A DNA stretch of 64,000 nt from Macrostomum hystrix (taxonomy: Eukaryota; Animalia; Platyhelminthes): positions 13,888,001 through 13,952,000 of the forward strand of contig CATNEN010000039.1 in assembly GCA_950097015.1 (NCBI GenBank), in the 5' to 3' direction. The position numbers and the translations under genes were made by a program. The notes under the pieces were generated by a model that was given only the letters and a program-made list of their open reading frames with translations, was not told where the DNA came from and did no database searches. This document shows, piece after piece, positions 21,600 through 35,289 of the stretch (position 1 is its first letter; every line of letters starts with the position of its first letter).

Positions 21600-21923
21600 G
21601 GCAGGTCTTCTTGGCTTCAAATAAGTTTTGGTTGCTTAGCACACAATTTGGATATTTCGTGACTCCCAGATCACAATAATATAGCCGCAGTGGCCCCATG
21701 GGGGTTGGGCCTTAGGGGCTCGTTGACGCCTTTTCATTGGCTGGGAGAGCGATTTTCACACCTCGGAGGGAGAGTCAACCTCAGCTCTGACCCTCCGCCC
21801 CTCCGTATGTCCGGCACACGAACTTGCGCACTCTCTGGGTGAGCCAATGAAAATCATTTTGAGGAATTACTGTGACACTGAAAATCGCTTCAGAAAATTA
21901 GCTTGCAGTTGTAGATTCTTCAT

Positions 21924-22370
21924 CTCTCCCTCTCACCCTGTGACTCTCCCTCTCACCTGTGACTCTCCCTCTCATCCCGTGACTCTCCCTCTCACCCCGT
22001 GACTCTCCCTCTCATCCTGTGACTCTCCCTCTCACCCCGTGACTCTCCCTCTCACCCCGTGACTCTCCTTCTCACCCCGTGACTCTCCCTCTCCCCCTGT
22101 GACTCTCCCTCTCACCCTGTGACTCTCCCTCTCACCCCGTGACTCTCCTTCTCACCCGTGACTCTCCCTCTCACCCCGTGACTCTCCCTCTCACCCCGTG
22201 ACTCTCCCTCTCACCCCGTGACTCTCCTTCTCCCCCTGTGACTCTCCCTCTCACCCCGTGACTCTCCCTCTCACCCCGTGACTCTCCTTCTCACCCGTGA
22301 CTCTCCCTCTCACCCTGTGACTCCCAGTCTCACCCGTGACTCTCCCTCTCACCCCGTGACTCTCCCTCTC
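21924..22370. repeat. 20-bp tandem repeat (GACTCTCCCTCTCACCCCGT)
   Basis: About 22 copies. Confidence 0.95.
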
Positions 22371-23159
22371 GCCCTGCCACTCTCTCCATCTCTGTCCCAC
22401 AAATCTCAGGTTTCTCATTCTCAGAAATCTTCAAACTGCTCAGGCTGCTCAGTGTCCCATCAATTACTCAGGCACGCATACCCTCACACGTGGTGATGCA
22501 TTGGTTTAGATCAAACATCTCTCATTCAATTCCCATTCTCAAAGACCCATGGAGTGAGAGCCCAGATCCCACAGAAACATGACACAAAAGAAAAAGTGTC
22601 ATTCCCTATCGTGTTTATTGCACCAAGTATTGTCAAAACATCTTCGAGACTGTAAATGGAGATGACACATGTGCATTTGTAAACTATAGCCAACTGGAAT
22701 AATAATTAAAATCCCATGTTATGGGTTCGAGTCTTGAATTTCACAAGCTCCTTGACATCCTCAGAGTGAGGTGACAGAATTTTATAAACACCAACTTTTT
22801 CATAAATTCACGGTTTTTATGGAGCTAGCAGCCATTGCTGAACACGACTGCATAGTTAAACAATGACAGCCATTGTTGTTATTGTTGTTATTTTGTTTGA
22901 AACTCCAGATTCAATCGAAAATATGGAGATGTTGATATGAAATCTCACCATACTCAATAATAAAATGTAATCAAAATATCCCTTGCGAAACTAAAATAAA
23001 TATTTACAGACTGATTTCCAAACTCATTGTGAATCTGACAATGCTGAGCAACCACTGCCATCAGTGAGATCATTGTGAGCTGTCAGTGTTGCGCTTGGGC
23101 CAATTTTTGTGCGACATCCTGGCTTACCATTTTTGCCAATGCCTAAATGGAATACTCAT

Positions 23160-24105
23160 TGAAGGGAGCGGAGGACACACTGAAGGGAGCGGAGGACTCA
23201 CTGAAGGGAGCGAAGGACACACTGAAGAGAGCGGAGGACACACTGAAGGGAGCGGAGGACACACTGAAGAGAGCGGAGGACACACTGAAGGGAGCGGAGG
23301 ACACACTGAAGGGAGCGGAGGACTCACTGAAGGGAGCGGAGGACACACTGAAGGGAGCGGAGGACACACTGAAGGGAGCGGAGGACACACTGAAGGGAGC
23401 AGAGGACAAACTGAAGGGAGAGGAGGACACACTGAAGGGAGCGGAGGACAAACTGAAGGGAGAGGAGGACACACTGAAGGGAGCGGAGGACACACTGAAG
23501 GGAGTGGAGGACACACTGAAGGGAGCGGAGGACAAACTGAAGGGAGCGGAGGACACACTGAAGGGAGCGGAGGACACACTGAAGGGAGTGGAGGACACAC
23601 TGAAGGGAGCGGAGGACTCACTGAAGGGAGCGGAGGACACACTGAAGGGAGCGGAGGACACACTGAAGGGAGCGGAGGACAAACTGAAGGGAGAGGAGGA
23701 CACACTGAAGGGAGAGGAGGACACACTGAAGGGAGCGGAGGACAAACTGAAGGGAGAGGAGGACACACTGAAGGGAGCGGAGGACACACTGAAGGGAGAG
23801 GAGGACACACTGAAGGGAGCGGAGGACACACTGAAGGGAGCGGAGGACACACTGAAGAGAGCGGAGGACACACTGAAGGGAGCGGAGGACTCACTGAAGG
23901 GAGTGGAGGACTCACTGAAGGGAGCGGAGGACACACTGAAGGGAGCGGAGGACACACTGAAGGGAGCGGAGGACACACTGAAGGGAGCGGAGTACTCACT
24001 GAAGGGAGCGGAGCTGACACACTGAAGGGAGCGGAGAACACACTGAAGAGAGCGGAGGACACACTGAAGAGAGCGGAGGACACACTGAAGAGAGCGGAGG
24101 ACACA
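23160..24105. repeat. 21-bp tandem repeat (GAAGGGAGCGGAGGACACACT)
   Basis: About 45 copies. Confidence 0.95.
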
Positions 24106-24546
24106 TTAATGGACACAGTGATGCATAACTTCAATAAAAAATCGAACCTATTAACAGCATAGCTATTGTGCAGCTATCATAGCAACAATATTTTTACGAC
24201 CGCAAGCAGTTATCTAATTATCTGAGAGGTTGGGTTTCACACAGTAAGTGTAGGGTATAATAATTTTACCTGAGCCTTACCTGTAGGGTGACTTCATTTA
24301 GAGGCCGCTTCCGTCCGAAAATAATAAAACGACAAGGCGGTTAAAATCAAAGGCAGCAATAAATCACCTAAAACTGTTATCTATTGGAGTTCTCTAGCTT
24401 AATTGCGATCCTGGCCTGAACAAATTAAGATTATAAATTGCAATTTCGTCAGTCGAAAATGCAAGAATCTAAGGCAACGCATTTTTTACAACAGAGCCCC
24501 ATTTTCTTAGTTATTACAATATTGCTGAATTAATTTTCCCACAGCA

Positions 24547-24735
24547 GTCTGTAAGTCTGTTACTGTCTGTAAATATGTTACTGTCTGTAAATCTGTTACT
24601 GTCTGTAAATCTGTTTCTGTCTGTAAATCTGCTATTGTCTATAAATCTGTTACTGTCTGTAAATCTGTCACTGTCTGTAAATCTGTTACTGTCTGTGCAT
24701 CTGTTACTGCCTGTAAATCTGCTACTGTCTGTAAT
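24547..24735. repeat. 18-bp tandem repeat (CTGTCTGTAAATCTGTTA)
   Basis: About 10 copies. Confidence 0.9.
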
Positions 24736-25649
24736 ATCTGTGAGTAAGAACTTGTTAAACTTCTGACTCTGATTTTGAGTCCAGGTTGACCACACTCTGA
24801 CTTCTTGTTTTAGCTGAACTCAACTCAAAGTGTCAACATGATCAATTCAAGAGTCAAGGTGATCAAGATGGTCCTTCACTTTGTTATTATTCTGGTAGAT
24901 TGCACTTTTCACTGACTAATTTCTAAACGCATCGAATTCACTAAATACTTGCTGACACCTGAACGGTGACTCAGGCCGTCTGACCCGAGGCCCCTAGCAA
25001 CAAAATGGTAGCACAATGAGCTGGATAGAACAGGTGTGAAGTTTTAGGCAATTGGGAATTCACTGTGACAGCTCTGTGACTGCGGCACAGATCTTCAACT
25101 GTGCGAGTTCTTGTAGTGTGAACTGCAATTAATCTTGGAAATTTTGAGATTTCGCAATTTTGATGTTGCTTATTTAGAAAAATTATTTTTCCAGAATTTA
25201 GGCCTGTGGATAAGATAGCACAGATTTTATTCAATTAGAAATCTACTCAAAGGTTTATGAACTCAAACTCAAACTATGTGCCTAGATCTCTAGATCTGCC
25301 TAAATCACAGGATGCCACAGACATGGATACTGAACCGGCACCAATCACATATCGAATCTTTTTCTAGTCTTGTTTCGTTTTCTTCGTTTTTTATCTGTTT
25401 GTTTAGCCGCGCCAGTCAGTTTTGTCCCAATATTTGCATCGCACACAATACTAAATTGGGAAGTGGATAAGGGAGTAATATGGGATAAATTGGATCTTAA
25501 TGTATCCTCTTATGGTTGCTTGCCATAGGCAGCTGCAGTTTCAAGAAACATTGCGTTGAACTGTTTGCCATATTGGAGTCAGGTAAAACCAGAGGGGACC
25601 CTCCACCATGATTGGATGGGCTGAGGCAATACACCTACTTTCTCTCGAA

Positions 25650-26262
25650 TTCTCCGCTCTGCACTCTCTCCGCTCTCTACTCTCTCCGCTATCTACTCTC
25701 TCTACTCTCACCGCTCTCTACTCTCTCCTCTCTCTACTCTCTCTACTCTCACCGCTCTCTACTCTCTCTACTCTCACCGCTCTCTACTCTCTCCTCTCTC
25801 TACTCTCTCCGCTCTCTACTCTCTACTCTCTCCGCTCTCTACTCTCTACTCTCTCCACTCTCTACTCTCTCCGCTCTCTCCACCCTCTACTCTCACCGCT
25901 CTCTACTCTCTCTACTCTCTCCGCTCTCTACTCTCTCCTCTCTCTACTCTCTCCGCTCTCTACTCTCTCTACTCTCTACTCTCTCTACTCTCTCCACTCT
26001 CTACTCTCTCCTCTCTCTACTCTCTCCGCTCTCTACTCTCTCTACTCTCTACTCTCTCTACTCTCTACTCTCTCTACTCTCTCCGCTCTCTACTCTCTCC
26101 GCTCTCTACTCTCTCTACTCTCTACTCTCTCTACTCTCTACTCTCTCTACTCTCTCCGCTCTCTACTCTCTCCGCTCTCTACTCTCTCCGCTCTCTACTC
26201 TCTCTACTCTCTACTCTCTCTACTCTCTCCGCTCTCTACTCTCTCCGCTCTCTCCTCTCTCT
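25650..26262. repeat. Pyrimidine-rich compound repeat (CTCTCTACT / CTCTCCGCT)
   Basis: Direct inspection. Confidence 0.95.
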
Positions 26263-26926
26263 TGAAAGGAGAGAACTGAACAAAAAAAACTGAACAATTA
26301 TTATCCCGAATTTTCAATGCCTAATGAATTCGCTGTACTGCAGAGTTCACGTCAATTATATTCCTTTGTCCTAAAGCAAAAAAGCTACAAAAGTGACAGA
26401 AGCAATGAATTTTCATTGATCACAGAAAATTGAGGGCTGCATTATTGAGCTATAATTTCCCTTCAATTGTTATTAATTGCCAGAACCTGAAAATGTGTTT
26501 TAGATACAATCAATAATAAAAAAACTAATAATAGTATTGTTATCGTTGACACGCGAGACCCACGAGGTGTCAAAAAGTCTCGTTGCCAGGCTATTGTTAT
26601 GGAACCCACTCCCCAAAATATGGTCATTTTCTACTGATTCTCAGGCAGGCAGGTAGTCAAGAGTGCTAATGAGCTTCTCTGCTAAAAGAAGTTGTGGGAA
26701 ATTTTCTGCCTCAACACAATATTTGCCAGGTTGTCCAAACCGAATTGCTCGGGTCATTGTTCATCTCCTGCTCTGCAATTTATGAGTCTGGTGAAACAGA
26801 ATTGATTGAAAATTGTCAGCAATGTTGCATCACCATGGTACGTGTCCTGTGGGATAATACTTGGGAGGTAGTTAAGCCATAGACCTGTACTCTGCGACTC
26901 AGAGCACTGCTTAGATAATTTAATAG

Positions 26927-27585
26927 GAATCAGCGAACTGACAAGAATCAGTGAACTGACAAGAATCAGCGAACTGACAAGAATCAGCGAACTGACAAGA
27001 ATCAGCGAACTGACAAAACTCAGCGAACTGACAAAACTCAGCGAACTGACAATCATCAGCAAACTGACAATCATCAGCGAACTGACAAGAATCAGCAAAC
27101 TGACAATAATCAGCGAACTGACAAGAATCAGCAAACTGACAATAATCAGCGAACTGACAAGAATCAGCAAACTGACAAGAATCAGCAAACTGACAAGAAT
27201 CAGCAAACTGACAAGAATCAGCAAACTGACAAGAATCAGCGAACTGACAAGAATCGTTGCGAACTGACAAAACTCAGCGAACTGACAAGAATCAGCGAAC
27301 TGACAAGAATCAGCGAACTGACAAGAATCAGCAAACTGACAAGAATCAGCAAACTGACAAGAATCACAAACTGACAAGAATCAGCAAACTGACAAGAATC
27401 AGCAAACTGACAAGAATCAGCAAACTGACAAGAATCAGCAAACTGACAAGAATCAGCGAACTGACAAGAACTGTTGCGAACTGACAAGAACTGGTACGAA
27501 CTGACAAGAACTGGTACGAACTGACAAGAACTGGTGCGAACTGACAAGAATCGGTTCGAACTGACAAGAATCAGCGAACTGACAA
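26927..27585. repeat. 18-bp tandem repeat (AATCAGCGAACTGACAAG)
   Basis: About 36 copies. Confidence 0.95.
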
Positions 27586-28614
27586 TATTCAAAAATAGAG
27601 GTGGCATCATTATTGTCAAATATGATTTTTTAAAGCGTTTGTTAAACAGCATGAGACAACGGAGGTCAAACACAAAATGTAAGATTTCAATTGGTTACAG
27701 CATACTCCTGTCGATTCTGAGTGATTAAAGAAATCAACATTCTATTATTAAAACTCCAATTTTCCTCCAATCGAGATAAGTCCCTCTTCGCGACTCCCTA
27801 CTCAGATGTAGCGGCCATTGCAAACCCACCGCACTCAGAAATCGAGCATTAACAGAGGCTCACAATCCCTCAGACAGAAAACTATTAAAAGCGAATTAAC
27901 GGCTTGGCATTCTTAGAAAGCTAATTACAGCAGCAGGGGGGTCTAGGCCATAGACAATCTGGTACAGTCTGAAGCTTAGCGGCCTCACAGACAAGTGGGA
28001 GGACCAATTGGGATTCGGACTCAGCAGGTGGGAAGTTTAACTGAGCTCAAAATTCATCTCAATCCTGAACATGCTGAGAATTAGATTCATTTATTCAGGG
28101 ACTTCTGTATCAAGTAAAACAGATGCTAGGATACAGAAGTCCCTGATCTATCACCCTTGAATATTTTCCTGTTCAGCAGCCGCAGGTGGCCGAGGCAAAG
28201 TTCCGGCTTTGATTTTTGTTTATTCGAAGCTTGGAATTCCAGAATAAAATTTCAGAAAATATCCAATGTGGCACGCATGCTATGCAGAGGCCTACGGATG
28301 AGTGCACGCATTGTGGACAGTCAAATAATCAGATATAGCCACAATATCCACAGTCCTGATTGACATCTGCGGTAGCATCTTCTCTGATTGATTGCGTAAT
28401 CCCAACTGAAGAATCCCAGGTAGGCACGTATGCAATGTCACAGAAATATGAAAAACAAGACACTCAAGCAGCTTCATGATGACACACCTGTTGGCTAAAC
28501 ACTTTCAACTTGATTTGCAATTCTCCCGAATAACCTCATAGGGATGGGACAAGGCAAGGAACTAATTTAGAAATTCGAATAAATATTTTCGATTCAATGC
28601 CTTCCTTCCGTCCT

Positions 28615-31600
28615 TCTGTCTGCTCTCTCCTCTGTCTGCTCTCTCCTCTGTCTGCTCTCTCCTCTGTCTAGTCTCTCTCCTGTCTACTCTCTCCCCAGTC
28701 TACTCTCTCCTCTGTGTACACTCTCCTGTGTACTCTCTCCTCTGTCTAGTCTCTCCTCTGTCTACTCTCTCCCCTGTCTACTCTCTCCTCTGTCTAGTCT
28801 CTCCTCTGTCTAGTCTCTCCTCTGTCTATTCTCTCCCCTGTCTACTCTCTCCTCTGTCTAGTCTCTCCTCTGTCTATTCTCTCCCCTGTCTACTCTCTCC
28901 CCTGTCCTCTCTCTCCTCTGTGTACACTCTCCTGTGTACTCTCTCCTGTCTACTCTCCTCTGTGTACACTCTCATGTGTACTCTCTCCTCTGTCTAGTCT
29001 CTCCTCTGTCTATTCTCTCCTCTGTCTGCTCTCTCCTATGTCTACTCTCTCCTCTGTCTATTCTCTCCTCTGTGTACTCTCTCCTCTGTCTAGTCTCTCC
29101 TCTGTCTAGTCTCTCCTCTGTCTACTCTCTCCTCTGTCTATTCTCTCCCCTGTCTACTCTCTCCTCTGTCTAGTCTCTCCTCTGTCTATTCTCTCCCCTG
29201 TCTACTCTCTCCCCTGTCCTCTCTCTCCTCTGTGTACACTCTCCTGTGTACTCTCTCCTCTGTCTACTCTCCTCTGTGTACACTCTCATGTGTACTCTCT
29301 CCTCTGTCTAGTCTCTCCTCTGTCTACTCTCTCCTATGTCTGCTCTCTCCTGTCTGCTCTCTCCTGCCTGCTCTCTCCTCTGTCTACTCTCCTGTCTACT
29401 CTCTCCTCTGTCTGCTCTCTCCTCTGTCTGCTCTCTCCTGTCTGCTCTCTCCTCTGTCTACTCTCTCCTCTGTCTACTCTCTCCTCTGTCTGCTCTCTCC
29501 TCTGTCTGCTCTCTCCTGTCTGCTCTCTCCTGTCTGCTCTCTCCTCTGTCTACTCTCCTGTCTACTCTCTCCTCTGTCTGCTCTCTCCTCTGTCTGCTCT
29601 CTCCTCTGTCTGCTCTCTCCTCTGTCTACTCTCTCCTCTGTCTGCTCTCTCCTCTGTCTACTCTCTCCTCTGTCTGCTCTCTCCTATGTCTACTCTCTCC
29701 TCTGTCTGCTCTCTCCTCTGTCTGCTCTCTCCTGTCTGCTCTCTCCTGTCTGCTCTCTCCTCTGTCTACTCTCCTGTCTACTCTCTCCTCTGTCTGCTCT
29801 CTCCTCTGTCTGCTCTCTCCTCTGTCTGCTCTCTCCTCTGTCTGCTCTCTCCTCTGTCTACTCTCTCCTCTGTCTGCTCTCTCCTCTGTCTACTCTCTCC
29901 TCTGTCTACTCTCTCCTATGTCTACTCTCTTCTCTGTCTACTCTCTCCTCTGTCTACTCTCTCCTATGTCTGCTCTCTCCTCTGTCCACTGTCTCCTCTG
30001 TCTACTCTCTCCTGTCTGCTCTCTCCTCTGTCTGCTCTCTCCTGTCTGCTCTCTCCTGTCTGCTCTCTCCTCTGTCTGCTCTCTCTTCTATCTACTCTCT
30101 CCTCTGTCTGCTCTCTCCTGTCTGCTCTCTCCTGTCTGCTCTCTCCTCTGTCTACTCTCTCCTCTGTCTGCTCTCTCCTCTGTCTACTCTCTCCTCTGTC
30201 TACTCTCTCCTATGTCTACTCTCTCCTCTGTCTGCTCTCTTCTCTGTCTACTCTCTCCTCTGTCTGCTCTCTCCTATGTCTACTCTCTCCTCTGTCTACT
30301 CTCTCCTCTGTCTGCTCTCTCCTCTGTCTACTCTCTCCTCTGTCTACTCTCTCCTATGTCTACTCTCTCCTCTGTCTACTCTCCTGTCTACTCTCTCCTT
30401 TGTCTGCTCTCTCCTCTGTCTACTCTCTCCTCTGTCTACTCTCTCCTATGTCTGCTCTCTCCTCTGTCTACTCTCTCCTCTGTCTACTCTCTCCTCTGTC
30501 TACTCTCTCCTATGTCTGCTCTCTCCTCTGTCTACTCTCTCCTCTGTCTACTCTCTCCTCTGTCTGCTCTCTCCTCTGTCTACTGTCTCCTCTGTCTACT
30601 CTCTCCTGTCTGCTCTCTCCTCTGTCTGCTCTCTCCTGTCTGCTCTCTCCTGTCTGCTCTCTCCTCTGTCTACTCTCTCCTCTGTCTTCTCTCTCCTCTG
30701 TCTACTCTCTCCTCTGTCTACTCTCTCCTATGTCTACTCTCTCCTCTGTCTACTCTCTCCTCTGTCTACTCTCCTGTCTACTCTCTCCTCTGTCTACTCT
30801 CTCCTCTGTCTGCTCTCTCCTCTGTCTACTCTCTCCTATGTCTACTCTCTCCTCTGTCTACTCTCTCCTCTGTCTACTCTCTCCTCTGTCTGCTCTCTCC
30901 TCTGTCTGCTCTCTCCTGTCTGCTCTCTCCTCTGTCTACTCTCTCCTCTGTCTACTCTCTCCTCTGTCTGCTCTCTCCTGTCTACTCTCTCCTCTGTCTG
31001 CTCTCTCCTGTCTGCTGTCTCCTGTCTGCTCTCTCCTCTGTCTACTCTCTCCTCTGTCTGCTCTCTCTTCTATCTACTCTCTCCTCTGTCTACTCTCTCC
31101 TCTGTCTACTCTCCTGTCTACTCTCTCCTCTGTCTACTCTCTCCTCTGTCTGCTCTCTCCTCTGTCTGCTCTCTCCTGTCTGCTCTCTCCTGTCTGCTCT
31201 CTCCTCTGTCTGCTCTCTCTTCTATCTACTCTCTCCTCTGTCTACTCTCTCCTCTGTCTGCTCTCTCCTCTGTCTACTCTCTCCTCTGTCTACTCTCTCC
31301 TATGTCTACTCTCTCCTCTGTCTGCTCTCTTCTCTGTCTACTCTCTCCTCTGTCTGCTCTCTCCTATGTCTACTCTCTCCTCTGTCTACTCTCTCCTCTG
31401 TCTGCTCTCTCCTCTGTCTACTCTCTCCTCTGTCTACTCTCTCCTATGTCTACTCTCTCCTCTGTCTACTCTCTCCTCTGTCTACTCTCCTGTCTACTCT
31501 CTCCTTTGTCTGCTCTCTCCTCTGTCTACTCTCTCCTGTCTGCTCTCTCCTCTGTCTGCTCTCTCCTGTCTGCTCTCTCCTGTCTGCTCTCTCCTCTGTC

Positions 31601-33205
31601 TACTCTCTCCTCTGTCTTCTCTCTCCTCTGTCTACTCTCTCCTCTGTCTACTCTCTCCTATGTCTACTCTCTCCTCTGTCTACTCTCTCCTCTGTCTACT
31701 CTCCTGTCTACTCTCTCCTCTGTCTACTCTCTCCTCTGTCTGCTCTCTCCTCTGTCTACTCTCTCCTATGTCTACTCTCTCCTCTGTCTACTCTCTCCTC
31801 TGTCTACTCTCTCCTCTGTCTGCTCTCTCCTCTGTCTGCTCTCTCCTGTCTGCTCTCTCCTCTGTCTACTCTCTCCTCTGTCTACTCTCTCCTCTGTCTG
31901 CTCTCTCCTGTCTACTCTCTCCTCTGTCTGCTCTCTCCTGTCTGCTGTCTCCTGTCTGCTCTCTCCTCTGTCTACTCTCTCCTCTGTCTGCTCTCTCTTC
32001 TATCTACTCTCTCCTCTGTCTACTCTCTCCTCTGTCTACTCTCCTGTCTACTCTCTCCTCTGTCTACTCTCTCCTCTGTCTACTCTCTCCTCTGTCTGCT
32101 CTCTCCTCTGTCTACTCTCTCCTCTGTCTGCTCTCTCCTCTGTCTGCTCTCTCTTCTATCTACTCTCTCCTCTGTCTACTCTCTCCTCTGTCTGCTCTCT
32201 CCTCTGTCTACTCTCTCCTCTGTCTACTCTCTCCTATGTCTACTCTCTCCTCTGTCTGCTCTCTTCTCTGTCTACTCTCTCCTCTGTCTGCTCTCTCCTA
32301 TGTCTACTCTCTCCTCTGTCTACTCTCTCCTCTGTCTGCTCTCTCCTCTGTCTACTCTCTCCTCTGTCTACTCTCTCCTATGTCTACTCTCTCCTCTGTC
32401 TACTCTCTCCTCTGTCTACTCTCCTGTCTACTCTCTCCTTTGTCTGCTCTCTCCTCTGTCTACTCTCTCCTCTGTCTACTCTCTCCTATGTCTGCTCTCT
32501 CCTCTGTCTACTCTCTCCTCTGTCTACTCTCTCCTCTGTCTACTCTCTCCTATGTCTGCTCTCTCCTCTGTCTACTCTCTCCTCTGTCTACTCTCTCCTG
32601 TCTGCTCTCTCCTCTGTCTGCTCTCTCCTGTCTGCTCTCTCCTGTCTGCTCTCTCCTCTGTCTGCTCTCTCTTCTATCTACTCTCTCCTCTGTCTGCTCT
32701 CTCCTGTCTGCTCTCTCCTGTCTGCTCTCTCCTCTGTCTACTCTCTCCTCTGTCTTCTCTCTCCTCTGTCTACTCTCTCCTCTGTCTACTCTCTCCTCTG
32801 TCTACTCTCTCCTATGTCTACTCTCTCCTCTGTCTACTCTCTCCTCTGTCTACTCTCTCCTCTGTGTACTCTCTCCTCTGTCTGCTCTCTCCTCTGTCTG
32901 CTCTCTCCTGTCTGCTCTCTCCTGTCTGCTCTCTCCTCTGTCTACTCTCTCCTCTGTCTGCTCTCTCTTCTATCTACTCTCTCCTCTGTCTACTCTCTAC
33001 TCTGTCTACTATCTCCTCTGTCTACTCTCTCCTCTGTCTACTCTCCTCTGTCTACTCACCTCTGTCTACTTTCCTCTGTCTACTTTCCTCTGTCTACTCT
33101 CTCCTCTTTCTACTCTCCTCTGTCTACTCACATCTGTCCACTTTCCACTGTCTACTCTCCTCTGTCTACTTTCCTCTGTCTACTCCCTCCTCTGTCTACT
33201 CCTCT
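28615..33205. repeat. 4.6-kb 18/16-bp satellite (CTCTCTCCTCTGTCT[A/G]) with higher-order duplication
   Basis: Direct inspection. Rare variants recur exactly 930 bp apart. Confidence 0.97.
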
Positions 33206-33876
33206 TTCAAATTTCTCGTTCACAGTCGTGGACCCGTCCGCTTCTTGGCACGTTGAACTTGGCTCCTTCTTGGCTCCATGATCAGCGGCGTCTCGGGATT
33301 CGGAGCCTGTCTCTAAGTGCTGGTGACGAGGTCTTCTCGACTCAATGCCAGCACACAGGGCACAATTCCAGTCTCTTTCAGAAAGAGATGCTCGCCATCT
33401 GTTCCAGCGCGGCGGAGATGCACCAGAGAGCCATGACGTGTCGAAAGAGCTGCTTTCATTCCGGTAGTCAGGGCCAAAGATTATATATTATATAACTTCC
33501 TTGCGAGACAGAAAGAACAAAAATGCTACTTCTGCTACTGAAAAAAGTAGGCGGAACGCGTGATGTAATCTAGTATATTCTGGTATCTGTGCTTGAACGA
33601 GCAAGCAGTTCTAATAATATAATATAACAGGCCTGAACAGATCAGTGCGCCTATTTTTACGTGTTTTTCAAACTGAATACTAATCAAATGTCAGAATTTA
33701 AACGCCATTGTGCTTAGTATTTTCAACTACAGAACAGGAAAAGTTTTCTGGGCTAATAAAGACCTACGTTTCCTAATTCAATTAAATAATAAATTATTAG
33801 AAAATTAAAATCTTATTCATCATCGTTCTCGTATTTTTCAGACGAATTCCGACTCTAATTGGCAGCACCAGATTAG

Positions 33877-34173
33877 TCAGCCACGGACAATGAACTCGCC
33901 GCTGCTGGCAGAGCTCAGAGCAGCCGGTACCGCCGCGAACTCCAACAGGTGGCACAGGCCCTGCTCACGATTGAAGATCACCGCCTCGCAGCCGATGTCG
34001 CACAGGTAGACGCACTCGAGTAGTCCGCGAACGCTCACGGTGCGGTAGGCCAGCGCGTTTGACATGCTCATGCCGACCAAGGTGCGATCGCCAGAAACAA
34101 ATGCTCCCTCTGCGGTAAAAGTGAAAACACGGTCGTTGCCAAGGTGCCATTTTGGTGTTTGGACTCGGGCCAA
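33877..34173 (-). CDS. PAN/apple-like domain exon, probably the terminal exon of the WSC gene
   Basis: YRTVSVRGLLECVYLCDIGCEAVIFNREQGLCHLL has the C-x3-C...C...C spacing of PAN domains. Same strand as, and 0.7 kb downstream of, the WSC exon. The exact acceptor is unresolved. Confidence 0.65.
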   Translation of the reverse strand: MARVQTPKWHLGNDRVFTFTAEGAFVSGDRTLVGMSMSNALAYRTVSVRGLLECVYLCDIGCEAVIFNREQGLCHLLEFAAVPAALSSASSGEFIVRG

Positions 34174-34862
34174 AAGTATATCTTGCTCTTTACAAATTTA
34201 CTTAGGCAAAGGACTTCTTGTGGATACGCAAAATATTCTAGTAATTCACTACGCCTGCACTATTGGGCCAGATGTGCAGCCGCAGCTTGTACAGATGTTC
34301 AGTCCATGACTGGGGGACGCCACACCCACCCTCACTTACTCCAACTGATGCTGGTGCCCATTGAACAGCTGGGTGAGCTGAAGAAATGCACAGTACATTT
34401 TCTTGCAAAAGGACCTGCTGTAGAGTATCGAAAAGATGATTTTTAATATGACGATATGTATCGAAACACTTTACACTGCTCTATCCATCCACCAAGCTAA
34501 AACTCCCCAATAAAATGTACACGCTTGGAATCTGCTATCTGGGATATACAATACTCAATTCTGAACTGTGCATGTAGAATATGCACTTTGATATACGCAT
34601 TGAATACACTTAGAAGGTAAATGTAACCACATGCACGTGACTTTGAAGCAGTTAAAGTATAATATGATGTATCTGTCAGAGCACAATTTTTATGGGAACC
34701 GCATAAAGGAATATTTAATCGAATCGATTTGAAGACTTCAACACTATTTTTGATGCAAAAGACTGCTTTGATTTCGTGACGACAAAATGAAAATTCAAGC
34801 ACAGAAAGGGGCTGAGCAGTAACTCGCATTATTGATTTCTTTGTGTCTCTAGACTGACTCAC

Positions 34863-35289
34863 TGTTTAGATAGATCAGCTCAATGACTGTGTTTCGGCTC
34901 AGCCCTCCGCAGATCTGTGACGGGTTACCGGAGCATTGTGATGTGCAGCCAGAACTAGCTCCCTGTGATCCGTAGGAGTTGCCGCAGATACAGTGGCTCG
35001 AGTGTTGCAAGCCAGCTACCTTGAAGCCGCCCAAGGCGCAGACGCCGATGCAAAGTTCATGCGTCATCTGCGCTGAGTTGATGAATGCAGCGGAGTCAAC
35101 GTAAGGATACACAGCCGTGCTTCCAATCCTGTTGAAGCCCAGGTTCTGCAGTCCAGTGATGTCTCTGAACCCATTCGTAAAGTCCGCGAAGCAACCGCGA
35201 TTTACAGTCTGCACCTGACGAGCTGAAGCTGTGGCCAGAGCGCAGAGAAGGACAGCCACAGCTGCTGCAGTACGTTGCACATCTCCCAT
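34863..35289 (-). CDS. Secreted WSC-domain (carbohydrate-binding) protein, first coding exon
   Basis: Signal peptide AAAVAVLLCALATASA. WSC motifs GCFAD, MTHELCIGVC, AGLQHSSHCICGNS, CTSQCSGNPSQICGG. Donor A|GTGAGT at 34862; next acceptor candidate TTTCTTCAG at 34378. Confidence 0.88.

Noticed and set aside
23086-24162. (TEGSGGH)n or (KGAEDTL)n repetitive protein
   Set aside because: Open in several frames on both strands only because the 21-bp unit lacks stops. No signal peptide, unique coding flank or codon-position-biased variation.
29232-33495. 1300-1400-aa Leu/Ser/Cys ORFs
   Set aside because: All three + frames are open across a CT-rich satellite, so this is an artefact. The same applies to the ORFs at 15628, 25608, 42115, 51708, 56323 and 58322.
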